DNA from: Octopus sinensis
Taxonomy: Eukaryota
DNA: 64,000 nt
Direction: 5' to 3'
Assembly (NCBI RefSeq): GCF_006345805.1
Contig: NC_043022.1
Span: forward strand, 24,738,001-24,802,000
Shown: one piece after another, positions 52,012 to 64,000 of the stretch
Position numbering within the stretch: position 1 is the stretch's first letter
Layout of the letters: each line of letters opens with the position of its first letter
The notes under the pieces: generated by a model
Told to the model about the DNA's origin: nothing
The model's input: the letters and a program-made list of their open reading frames with translations, nothing else
The model's database searches: none
Translations under genes and position numbers: made by a program

Positions 52012-52811
52012 AAATTAGTTATATATGTGTGTGTGTGTGTGTGTGCGTGTGTGTATATATACACACACGCACACACACACATACATACAACCCCGTGATC
52101 TGTAACTAGTTTTTTTAAGTGCTAACGCAAAAAACTCTTGGTTGTTGAGCCACTCTGTTGCTTCTACTAAATATTAATAAAATAAATATGTATACTCTCA
52201 CGTTTTGAGTTCTATTTTTTCCTGTTTGCATCACCAAACCTATGTGTGAGTGTGTCTATATACATACATACATACATATATATACATATATATATATACA
52301 CACACACACACATACATAAATACACACACACACATATATATATACACCACACACACACACAACTGTACGCAATGTATTCAATCCGTCTTTGTAATGTCTG
52401 CTAAAATTATATTTTGGCAAACAGGATTATTTTCTCCTTCATAATAGTTTCTTTACTTCAGACACAGAGATGAGTGCGGCTGATGTTAGTCAAACACACA
52501 TAAATACTTTAAAATACTTTAGGTATGAGGAAATAATCCTTTTTAACAATAAACGCATATGTATATGTATATGTACATATGTATATGTACATATATATAT
52601 ATGTGCGTGTGTATGTATGTTTATGTGCATGTATATATACATGCACACACACACAGACACACACACACAGACACACACATAAATTATGTAGATTCTCTGT
52701 GTAATGAAAGTCAGGAATATATCAAAACAATATTTTAATATTCTTTATAAGTGTGTGTACTTGCATTTGCCAATAGTCTGTGTGTCTCTTAGTCCTTGTA
52801 TATATACACAC

Positions 52812-52842
<31 letters not shown>

Positions 52843-52902
52843 TAATACACACACATATATATACATATATATATACATACATATATATATATATATATAT
52901 AC

Positions 52903-52938
<36 letters not shown>

Positions 52939-53469
52939 ATATATATAAAGATATATACATGTGTATGTATATAAATATATACATATATATACATATATAT
53001 ATACACACATACACACACATATATACATATACAAGTGCATACATGCAGGCATATAACCGTACATGCACACACACATGCATGCTTATATGTATATATATGC
53101 ATGTGTGTTTAAGTATAAGATAATGCATACATACATGTCTGTACACGCATGTGCATGCATAGATATCTCCACATTTAAATACATATTGTGTATTCATTTA
53201 AATATCCATGCACATCCCTGTTTGTGTGTACGTGCATGCGTGCCTCAGTACGCGTAAGTGCGTGTCTATGTCTATGAATGTGTGTGTGTGTGTGTGTGTG
53301 TTTGCATGTGTCACGGGAATTCTCATTTCAATTACAGGACTCTCACCAATATTAATGTCATATATATACACTCGCCATCCACCGAGAAGAGACAGACTTC
53401 TGTGATCTGATGGTCAATGTACATATTTTGTTGCGTTCATTTGCATACATGCATTTGCATGCAATCTCA

Positions 53470-53952
53470 TGAATTGTGCAGTGGTGGTGGTGGCGGCAGC
53501 GGCGGTAGTGGTAGTGGTGGTGGTGGTGGTAGCAGTCATAATGATATTTGCAGTGGTTGTGGTCATGGTGATTGCGGAGGTGGTGGTTGTGATGGTGGTG
53601 ATGGTGGCGGTGATAGTTGTAGCAGTCTTAATGGTGGTGGTTAAAGTGGTGGCGGTGGTGGCAGTTGTGAAAGTAGTGGTGGTGGTGATGGTCATAGTGT
53701 TCAGTGATGCTAGTGACATGGGTAGTGGTGGTATGGTAGTGGTGGTGGTTGTGGTTATGGTGGCAGTGGTGGTGATGGTAGTGGTATTGGCAGGTGGCGT
53801 TGTATGGCTGTGGGTTCTCTCTGCATATTGTGGTAGTGGTGGTAATGGGTAGGGGTAGGAGGAAAGGATGGTGGGGGCTGCTTCCTTTCCTCCTCCTGCT
53901 GCCTTTCCCTGGTAGTCACCCACTCAGCCATCAACCACAGCAGCAGACGTAA

Positions 53953-53992
<40 letters not shown>

Positions 53993-54450
53993 GTGTGACT
54001 GAATGTACTTGTGTGTGTGTGTGTGTGTGTGCGCACGCGCGCGTGTGTGTGTGTGTGTATGCCCGTGTATGTTTGTATGTATATACTTGTATGTGTGTAT
54101 ATGTTTGTATTTGTGTGTGTATATGTGTGCGTGTGTGTGTCTTTGTGTGTGTGTGTGTGTGTTTAGATGTGTATGCAAGTTTGTGTGTGTACGTTTGTGT
54201 GTGTATGCATGTGGTGTGTATGTGAGTGCATGCGTGTGTGTGTGTACATGCATGTGTGTACATGTGTACGTGTGTATATGTTTGTGTTTGTGTGTGTGTG
54301 TGTATGCATGTGTGTGTATGTGTGTGTGTGAAGTGTGTGTATGTGTGTGTGTGTGTGTATGCATGTGTGTGTATGTGTGTGTGTGAAGTGTGTGTGTATG
54401 TGTGTGTGTGTGTGTATGCATGTGTGTGTATGCGTGTGCGTGTGTGTGTA
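53470..54450 (+). repeat. (GGT)n followed by (GA)n and (GT)n tracts
   Basis: Simple repeats. Confidence 0.9.
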
Positions 54451-54864
54451 ATTGAGCAGTCAGTTATATTGGGAGAGAACTCATTAAAATCAAATGTCAG
54501 TCTCTCATCTGAAAGACATCACAATATATTTTATTGGTGCCACCTCACTACACCATTATACACCACATCACAACATCCCATACTACATTTATTCCACTCC
54601 ACCACCCCATGGCATAGGGTGCAGGTGTGGCTGTGTGGTCAGGAGTTTGCTCCTCAGCCACTTGGTTTTCGGATTCAGTCCCACAGCATAGCACCTTCAG
54701 CAAGTGTCTTCTACTATAGCCTCGGGCCTTGTGGGTGGATTTGGTAGATGGAAACGGAAAGAAGCCTGTCATACACACACACACACGTATATATATATAT
54801 AGGCTCAGACATGACTGTGTTGTAAGAAGTTAGCTTCCCAACCACATGGTTTCCAGGTTCAGCT

Positions 54865-55256
54865 CATCATCATCATCATCATCATCGTTTAACATCCGCT
54901 TTCCATGCTGGCATGGGTTGGACAGTTCAACTGGGGTTTGGGAAGCCAGAAGGCTGCGCCAGGCCCAGTCTGATCTGGCAATGTTTCTACGACTGGATGC
55001 CCTTCCTAACGCCAACCACTCTGTGAGTGTAGTGGGTGCTTTTTACGTGCCAGACAAGTCTGGCAACGGCCACGATCGGATGGTGCTTTTTACATGCCAC
55101 CGGCACGGAAGCCAGTCGGGGAGGCGCTGGCAACGGCCACATTTGGATGGTGGTTTTTACGTTCCACTGACACGGAAGCCAGTCGGGGCGGCGCTGGTAA
55201 TGGCCACATTCGGATGGGTCTCCTATGTGCCACCGGCACTGGTATCACAGCTACAA
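54865..55256 (-). mobile_element. Family C copy inserted in a SINE-A head
   Basis: The SINE-A head at 54802-54862 resumes at about 55262. Confidence 0.7.
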
Positions 55257-55939
55257 TGTATGTTAAACCTTAGGCAAGTGCTTTCTACTGTAGCTTTGGG
55301 CCAACCAAAGCCTTGTGATTGGATTTGGGAGAGGGGATTGAACTCACTACCTCATGATTGTGAGGCTGACGCTCTAACCACTGAGCCTTGCACCTTCACT
55401 TGAACTGATGGAGTACCTCTGTGTGTGTGTGTGTGTGTGTGCGTGCGTGTGAATGCATGCATGTGTGTGTGTGTGTGCATGTGTACATGTATGTGTGCGT
55501 GTATGTGTGTGCGTGCGTGTGCCTGCATGTGTGTGTATATGTGTGTGTGTGTGTGTGCATGTGTGCGCATGTGTATGTGCGTGTATGTGTGTGTGCATGT
55601 GTGTGTGCATGTGTGTGTGTACATGTGTGCGCGTGCATGTGTGTGCATGCATGTGTTTGTGTGCATGTGTGTGCGTGCATGCATGCATGCATGTATGTGT
55701 GTGTGTTTACCTACGATTTAATTAACTGGAACCCTCCTCATCATAAGCAACAGAGAGCCAGATAAATATCATACCATACACAGTATACTACACAAAACCA
55801 TAGCACTTTGCACCATACTATATAATTCATGTTGCTTTACCACACCATACGATATTGCATCATACTATACTACACTACACAACACTATAATGTATCACAG
55901 ATTGCCATACATTGCATATCAAATAATGCACCATACCTT

Positions 55940-56600
55940 AGTGAGGAACACCACACCATATTGCATCAGATCCCACCAGACAGATGTTCCTTTGAAAAAA
56001 AGAAGAGAATGGCACATTAGATAATATAATACTCAATATCACCACCACCACCACCACCAAAACCACCACCACCACTACCACCACAACCACCACCTCCACC
56101 ACCACCACCACAACAACCACCACCACCATCACCATCATCATCATTGTCACTGTCACCACCACTACCAACATAACCACCACCACCACCACCACCACAATCA
56201 CCACCACCACCACCACCACAACCACCACCATCATGATCATGATCATTATTGTCATTGTCACCACCACTAAAATAACCACAACCACCACAACCACCACCAC
56301 CACAACAACCACCACCACCATCACCATCATTATCATTGTCATTGTCACCACCACTACCAACATAACCACCACCACCACTACCACTACTTCCACAACCACC
56401 ACCACCACCACAACCAACAGCTCCACCACCACAACCACCACCACCACAACCACCACCACCACCACAACCACCATAGCACCACCACCACCACCATCACCAT
56501 CATTGTCACCCACTACCAACATAACCACCATCACCACTACTGTTGTTGTAATCATCATCAGTGTCATCGCCGTAGTCATCATCATCGTACTTGTTTTAAC
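55940..56600 (+). repeat. (ACC/ATC)n tract with internal block duplications
   Basis: The block cattgtcaccactacYaacataaccacc recurs four times. Confidence 0.9.
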
Positions 56601-56714
56601 ATCCACTTTCTCCAAACTTGCATGGGTCTGACAGGACTAACTAAGGCAGATTTTCTACAGCCACATGTTGCAGCTTTAATAATAATAATAATAATATACA
56701 TATATATATATATA

Positions 56715-57055
56715 AGTTCAGCAAAAATTTAGATTCAAATGAATATGGTACTTAATTTAGATGCACCAGAATTTTGTATGGTGAAATCCATAAAAATTTG
56801 TTGGGTGATTATAATCAAAATAAGCAACAAGAATGACTCCGGTAATTTGGTACGATCGTTTCGTACTACATCATTTTATTAAATGTTGTAAGTATTACAA
56901 CAGATTTTTGTATTAATGGAAAACCTCTATAATTGGCTGACGTGTACTCAGCATCTTAAATCTGTAGTAATACTTACAACATTTAATAAAATGATGTAGT
57001 ACGAAACGATCGTACCAAATTACTGGAGTCATTCTTGTTGCTTATTTTGATTATA
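56715..57055 (-). mobile_element. Fold-back element family K, copy 2 (opposite orientation)
   Basis: Arms 56810-56907 and 56958-57055. The left extension 56715-56809 is the reverse complement of 42567-42644. (TA)n on both sides. Confidence 0.75.
56933..57018 (+). ncRNA. Degenerate hammerhead, family K (A9 mutated to T)
   Basis: ttgg CTGACG[T] gtact...agtac GAAA CGATCG TA ccaa. Homologous to 42445-42528, with a canonical G-C stem II closing pair. Confidence 0.55.
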
Positions 57056-57065
57056 TATATATATA

Positions 57066-57370
57066 TTTCGTTTTGGGATTTGGTTTGCAAGATTCATTAT
57101 ATGAGTTCGTGTGTTGAAGCATATTCTGTTGTGTCTGGGGAGAGTCATTCTCTTTTAGTGCCTTATTATTTAACACACTCACCGGTAAAATTTCCACTTA
57201 TTTCTTATTTTTATTTTCTAAAATTTTCGTTGTATCTTGCAACCATTTCAATAGTCTTGACTCTCAAAATTTTAGAAAATAAAAAGACAAAATAAGTGGA
57301 AATTTTACCGGTGAGTGTGTTAAATAATAAGGCATAAAAAGAAAATGACTCTCCCCAGACACAACAAAAT
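57066..57370 (-). mobile_element. Fold-back element family J, copy 2
   Basis: Arms about 57127-57227 and 57266-57366. The left extension is the reverse complement of 6618-6680. (TA)n on both sides. Confidence 0.7.
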
Positions 57371-57387
57371 ATATATATATATATAAT

Positions 57388-57615
57388 AACAAAGGGTAAA
57401 ATTAATTAATTAAGAAGTCATCAGTAATTTCACCAAGTAGAATTTGGCATGAAAAAAGACCATTTCATGGTAAGCTTAAGTAATACTTTATAATTAGGGT
57501 TCAGCAAAGATTTGCTTTACCACATACCGAAGTTTAGAAATAGCAGTCAAAAAATCTTAGCCATTCCTTCTACTTTAAAAGGGGCTCCCAGAAAACCAAA
57601 GTACTTGAAAACATA
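57388..57615 (-). mobile_element. Family I single-arm copy
   Basis: Diverged reverse complement of 9300-9535. Confidence 0.5.
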
Positions 57616-58114
57616 TATAGGTATATAGAGGTATATACATATGATGGGTTTCTTTCATTTTCTGTTTACCAAATCTACTCACAAGGCTTTGGTCAGTCTG
57701 GGACTAAAGTAGAAGATACACAGTGTGTCATACAGTGGAACTGAACTCGGAACCATGTGTTTGGGAAAGTAACTTGTTAACCACATAGCCTAACCCTCAT
57801 TTTTTCCTATTTTTGTATGCTACTTATTTTAATGACCATTTGAAAAGTAAAACGATAAAATTGACACAGGGAAGTCTTGAACCCAGCACATAAGAAGACA
57901 CAACTAAACACTGAAAAGCCAACAATCAGCCAGAAATAGTAACTAAATTACCCTCAAATCATGCCCTACAAGTCTCAGAATAATAAAAGATGCATCAAAC
58001 AGTAAAGTCTTTGAAATACAAAAATGACACAGAACAGTTGTAGCTGGTATTTCTCACTTTCTAAATGTAGGGTTGACCTGGGGCTAAACAGCAGCATGTT
58101 CTTGTTGTCATCAT

Positions 58115-59400
58115 TCTAGTGGTGGTAGTAGTGGTGGTGGTGGTGCTTGTGGTAGTAGTAGTAATTGTAATAATCGTAGTCGTAGTAGTTGAGGTAGTAG
58201 TGGTGGTGGTGGTAACAGTAGTGGTATTGATTGTGGTAGCAGAAGTAGTAATTGCAGTAGCTGTAGTCGTAGTATTAGTGGGTAGTGGTGGTTGTAGTAA
58301 TTGTAGTAGTAGTAGAGTTGGTGGCAGTAGTGGTGGTGGTGGTGGTGGTGGTGGTGGTGATGGTAGTAGTAGTTGTATTGATGGTGGTGGTAGTAGTAGT
58401 GGTGATGATTGATGGTTGTAGTATTAGTGGTGGTTGTGGTGGTAGTAATAACTCTAGCATAGGAGTAATAACTCTTGTCAACATTGTTCTCCTCCTTTTC
58501 CCTTTCTATTTAATCAACATCATCATCATCACCACCATCATCATCATCATCATCTGAGATGAAAATCATCAGTTTCTTTCTCTTCCTTTTCTTCTTAATC
58601 ATCATCATCATCATCATCATCACTATTATCATCATCCCAGATAAAATCATTAGTTTCCGGTGGGAGTGGGTGGGGGAGAGGGATGATGCTTCCCCCCACC
58701 TTCCTCATCCCACCTCTTTCCCTCCATTGTTAACAGATAGCCCCCTCCCACCTGTCCTCCTTCCTCTTACTATCCACACCTACTCCACTCCACTGTCTGA
58801 CTCAACATCACTTGCACACACCACCACCACTACCAACACTTCCTCACCAACATCACCACTGTCTCCATTAGCACTACCACAACCATCACCACCACCACAC
58901 CACTACCAACACTACTATCTTTACAACCACCACTGGCAACATTGCTATCTTCACCACTACAACCACCACCACCACCACCACCACCAACACTACCACCATT
59001 ACCTTACCAACACCACCACTACCACTGTCTCCACAACCACAATCATCACTATCTTGACAATCATTACCACCACTACCATACCGACTCTACCACTACCATT
59101 ATCTCAACAATCACTTCTACCATCATCACCACTCACCACCACTACTGTCACTACTATATTTACCTCACTAACACCACCACAACCATCATCACTACAGCTA
59201 CTACCACCCACACATTGTCAGCACTACACTAAAACTACCACCACCAACACTACCATTGACACCATCTAAACATCATTCCCGAGCTCAACTACAACCATCA
59301 CCATGAATAACTGTGACACTACTACTAGCACCATAACTATTACTACTGCTGCTGCTGCTGCTTCTGCTGCTGCTTCATCATTACCACTACCACCACCACC
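58115..59400. repeat. Opposed (GGT/AGT)n and (ACC/ACT)n tracts
   Basis: Simple repeats. Confidence 0.85.
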
Positions 59401-59402
59401 AC

Positions 59403-59634
59403 CTATTTCTTTATTACCCACAAGGGGCTAAACACAGAGAGGACAAACAAGGACAGACAAATGGATTAAGTCGATTATATCGACCCCAGTGCGTAACTGG
59501 TACTTATTTAATCGACCACGAAAGGATGAAAGGCAAAGTCGACCTCGGTGGAATTTGAACTCAGAACGTAACGGCAGATGAAATACCGCTAAGCATTTCG
59601 TCCGACGTGCTAACGTTTCTGCCAGCTTGCCAAC
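59403..59634 (-). mobile_element. SINE-B, full length
   Basis: Homology to 8491-8717. Confidence 0.85.
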
Positions 59635-59869
59635 CACTACCACCATTACTACAGCTACTGCTGCTGTTACAATGATGATGCTGAGTGCAATGTCCAGAAT
59701 AATGTTGACAGGATGATAATAGCTGTGGTGGTGGTACTAGTAGTGGTGGCAGTGGTGGTACTAGTAGTGGTGGTGATGGTGGTGGAGATGATAAGTTTGA
59801 TAATAACAATGATTCTGGTAGAAGTGAGAATGATGGTCATATTGGTATATATATATATATATATATATA

Positions 59870-60260
59870 CTCTTTTACTCTTTTACTTGTTTCAGTCATT
59901 TGACTGCGGCCATGCTGGAGCACCGCCATTTAGTCGAGCAAATCGACCCCGGGACTTATTCTTTGTAAGCCCAGTACTTATTCTATCGGTCTCTTTTGCC
60001 GAACCGCTAAGTGACGGGGACGTAAACACACCAGCATCGGTTGTCAAGCAATGCTAGGGGGACAAACACACACACATACATATATATATACATATATACG
60101 ACAGGCTTCTTTCAGTTTCCGTCTACCAAATCCACTAACAAGGCATTGGTCGGCCCGGGGCTATAGCAGAAGACACTTGCCCAAGATGCCACACAGTGGG
60201 ACTGAACCCGGAACCATGTGGTTGGTTAGCAAGCTACTTACCACACAGCCACTCCTGCGC
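59870..60260 (-). mobile_element. SINE-A, full length, fused to the RTE tail
   Basis: The head gcgcaggagtgg follows directly after the RTE gccaagatgat. Confidence 0.85.
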
Positions 60261-60870
60261 ATCATCTTGGCTCAGCTTCGCGAATGAAGGTCAGGAAGAC
60301 TGTCCACGTCGCGTGCATGCACGCTCATGACCAACAAGTCCGATATGGGAAAGGCAGGTCTGTGAGCAGTGTCCACAGACGAAGGTAACATCCGGTGTGA
60401 TGTCAGAAGCGGCTCGAGCCTTCCTCCTGCGTCTCTTTTTGTTCCTCAAACTTGCTGATTGCTTTGAAGATCGTGTGGCGCCAGACATCACAGTCCACAG
60501 CCAGGTCTGACCAGCATTGGTGGTCAATATGACATGCTGTTAGAGACTTCTTGAGGCAGTCTTTGTAGCGCTTCCTCGGAGCTCCTCTCACTCGGTGGCC
60601 GGTGGAGAGTTCACCAAACAGGGCAATCTTTGGAAGGCAATGGTTCTCCATTCTGGAGACATGCCCTGCCCATTGGTGGTGGTACTTCAGTAGCGTGGCT
60701 TCAATGCTGGGGATCTCGGCCCGCTCCAAGACTTCAATGTTTGTGACGAAGTCACTCCAGTGAATGTTGAGGATGGTGCGGAGACATTGCTGGTGGAAGC
60801 GCTCGAGGAGACGGATGTAACTGCAGTAAGTGATCCAGGTTTCTTTACCATGCAGCAACACCGATACAGA
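60261..60870 (-). mobile_element. RTE-clade LINE, 5'-truncated ORF2 C-terminus and 3' end
   Basis: LLHGKETW...FHQQCLRTILNIHWSDFVTNIEVL...WAGHVSRM...LPKIALFGEL...GAPRKRYKDCLK, then one frameshift, then KRRRRK...FVCGHCSQTCLSHIGLVGHER*, ending in a gccaagatgat tail. Confidence 0.9.
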
Positions 60871-61173
60871 GATTAGTTGATGCTAGTGATAATACAAATT
60901 ATGAAGATTCAGTTGGTGACGGTGTTGATGTTGGTGGTGATAATTGTTGTGGTGGTGTTGGTGATGGGGTTCTGGTGATGTTGATAGTGGTGTTTGTGGT
61001 GGTAGGGTTGGTGCTAGTATGTTGTGTGTATGTTTGTATATCTGTGTGCACATATGCCTATGAATGTGATTATGCATGTATGTTCATATATATATATATA
61101 TATATCTGTCTTTTGTTCTCTCTCTTTCTATATATGTGTATGTATGCGTGTGTGTCTGTGTGTGTGTATATAT

Positions 61174-61236
<63 letters not shown>

Positions 61237-61274
61237 TACACACACATACTCACACATATATGTATGTATATATA

Positions 61275-61313
<39 letters not shown>

Positions 61314-61941
61314 GAGAGAGAGAGAGAGAGAGAGAAGAGATGTATATAAGTTTATATGTCTGTGTGTATGTCTGTCTATGGTATACACAAAAGGTGTGAG
61401 TGAAAATAGAAAAATACCTCGTAATTTAATTATTGTAATTAATCTAAATTAATTTCAACAAATTACGAAAATTTTTATTTCTTACAACATTTATTCACCG
61501 CTTTTAAATAACAAATTCAATATCACAGCAGCAGTTCTGTGTGTTAGCAAAGATGTGATTTGTGTTCATTGTTTAGATTGTTCATATTTACAATTGTTAT
61601 CGAACTGAAAACCTCCAGGTCAACCCTGGTCAAGCAGCTTTCTGATCAAAGGTAGCTCAGGTGTGACTATTCCATGTCTTTTTAAAAAATCTTTTAGGCA
61701 ACGTATTTTTTCAGGTGCAGGTATGATTGTGTAGCTAAGAAATTTGCTCCAGAATCCAATGGTTAAAGGTTCAGATTCACTGCCTAGACTATCTCAGATG
61801 GTATCTTCTACGATAAACATGTGGAGGCATATGGCCTAGTGGTTAGAGCAGCAGACTCGCAGTCGAGGGATCACGTGTTCGAATCTCAGATCGGGCAACG
61901 TGTGTGTTTATGAGCAAAACACCTAAGCTCCACGTGGCTCC

Positions 61942-62340
61942 GGCACGGGGGCCAGACGAGGCTGGCAATGGCCACGATCAGATGGTGCTTTTTACGTGCC
62001 ACCAGCACGGGGGCCAGGCAAGGCTAGCAATGGCCACGATTGGATGGTGCTTTTTACATGCCACTGGCACAAGAGCCAGACGAGGCTGGCAACGGCCACG
62101 ATCGGATGGTGCTTTTTACGTGCCACCAGCACGGGGGCCAGGCAAGGCTGGCAACGGCCACGATTGGATGGTACTTTTTACGTGCCACTGGCATGGGGGC
62201 CAGGTGAGGCTGGCAACAGCCACGATCGGATGGTGCTTTTTACGTGTCACCGGCACAGAGGCCCGTCGGAGTGGCGCTGGCAACGGCCACATTCAGATGG
62301 TTCGCTTACGTGCCACCAGCACTGGTATCACAGCTACAAT
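61942..62340 (-). repeat. Tandem array of 62-bp family C units
   Basis: Five 62-bp units from 61942 to 62251 plus a diverged sixth. Confidence 0.8.
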
Positions 62341-62775
62341 ATCCATTGATGTTGATCGATTTCAATTTCAATTATATATATATATAAACTAGAGTCACAC
62401 AAAGCAGTGTTGAGTAAAATATGTGCATGTACAATGATATTTCATATGTTCATGTATACTTAGACATAAGAAGGCATAGTCACTTACAAGGCTCTGATTG
62501 GTCCAGGGCTATAGAAGAAGAAACTTGACCAAGGTGCCACGCAGTGGAACTGAACCTGAAACAAAGTGTTTGGGAATCAAACTCCTCAACAACACATGTA
62601 TGTATGTAGCATAACTGCTGCTGATGAATCTAAAGCTTTACATTGTGTATTGTTATTCTGTCTACTTCAAGTGAAGTGATATGTTTGCCATAATTCTTCA
62701 TATATAAATTATATACATATACACATATCTATATATACATATATATATTTATATATATATATATAATATATACAC

Positions 62776-62808
<33 letters not shown>

Positions 62809-63668
62809 TATACATATATATACATATATATATATACATATATATATATACAATATATATATATACCTATTATTACATATATATATATACATATATATAT
62901 AATATATATACTATATATACATACATAATATATATACATATATATATACATATATGTATTTACATATATAACATATATATAGTTATATTTATGTATAATA
63001 TTATATATATATATTATAATATATATATTAGTTATATGTATGTATGTATTATATATATATATATCATCATCATCATCATCATCATTTAGCGTCCGCTTTC
63101 CCTGCTAGCATGGGTTATATATATATATATATGTATGCATAAATATACACATCCATACATTTGTAATGTATATATTTATATATTCACGCGTACATACATA
63201 TATACACAGACATGAGTGCGCGTGAATGTATATGTGAAATTTTAAAAGATCATATTTCATAAAAATCTCAATTGGCTGTCGTTGGTTTATTGTAGCTTGT
63301 TGAAGTTACAAGTGTGTGATTTGTAACAAGATTATATCCCGTATAAAATATGTAAATATTTACCGTTGCAGACATCATAAGCTCAGCGGTGATATGTAAC
63401 TCTCACTTGTGATGAGAAGCAACAGAAATGGCAAATACACTGCAATAAAAAAAAATTTGGTTCAGCTTGAGAACCTGATATTGGTAGCATTAAATTTGTG
63501 TGTGTGTGTGAGTGTGTGTGTGTGTGTATGCGTGCTGTGTGTGTGTGTGTGAGTGAGTGTGTATGTGCGTGTGTATATATTTTATAGATGAGAGAGATGT
63601 TCTCCGTATAGAATACACTGTATATATATATATATATATATATGCATATATATAAATATATATATATA

Positions 63669-63702
<34 letters not shown>

Positions 63703-64000
63703 TATATATATATGCATATATATATATATATGCATGCATATATATATTTATATGCATATATATATATGCATATATATATATATCCTACGCATCTTCTCCC
63801 TTCACTGATACCCCCTCAATCCATTCCTCACCCCCACACATCACACCCCCAACATACCCCACCCCTACTACCCCCACATCCTCACTCAAAACCCACACCC
63901 CACCCTCACATCCCCCACCCCAACACTGCCACACCACCACCCCACACCACTCTGCACATGCCAGCACTGACCACTTCCCAGCACCCACATCATCATCCAC

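Noticed and set aside
53414-56631. Poly-Thr, poly-Val and HT/CV ORFs, superficially mucin-like
   Set aside because: Products of (ACC)n, (GGT)n and (CA)n repeats, with no splice or domain support.
58559-59269. 236-aa His/Thr/Pro-rich ORF
   Set aside because: Lies in low-complexity (ACC/ATC)n sequence with no conserved motif.
61380-61520. Possible mariner-type terminal repeat
   Set aside because: Only one end is visible, with no matching TIR or transposase.
61942-62251. CRISPR-like regular array
   Set aside because: Units are contiguous with no unique spacers, there are no cas genes, and the context is a eukaryotic LINE 3' UTR.

Overview
Eukaryotic, AT-rich DNA saturated with microsatellites. 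The SINE families and repeat load fit a coleoid cephalopod, probably Octopus (inference, not verified). No prokaryotic features and no CRISPR array. One host coding exon is supportable: the first coding exon of an AUTS2/fibrosin/tay-family gene on the minus strand (ATG 32046, GT donor at 31548). It carries the EDIIDGF motif and a long poly-Asn insertion, and a CpG-rich YY1-motif promoter candidate lies near 32.8-33.0 kb. Bases 1-31548 appear to be intron. The rest is several tRNA-headed SINE families, 3' fragments of RTE, CR1/Jockey-group and HERO-like LINEs, hAT and piggyBac MITEs, three tRNA relics (Asp, Glu, Ile) and simple repeats. The most striking unexplained structure is a set of ORF-less fold-back elements with one short and one long inverted arm. 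They usually sit in (TA)n tracts, and one has a 14-bp target-site duplication. Several carry type I hammerhead ribozyme folds with palindromic stem III, some with an unusually long stem II (9143-9234, 9558-9611, 42445-42528, 56933-57018, plus five minimal copies). They look like non-autonomous Penelope-like retroelements. All alignments and folds were done by eye, and family names come from memory and need database confirmation.
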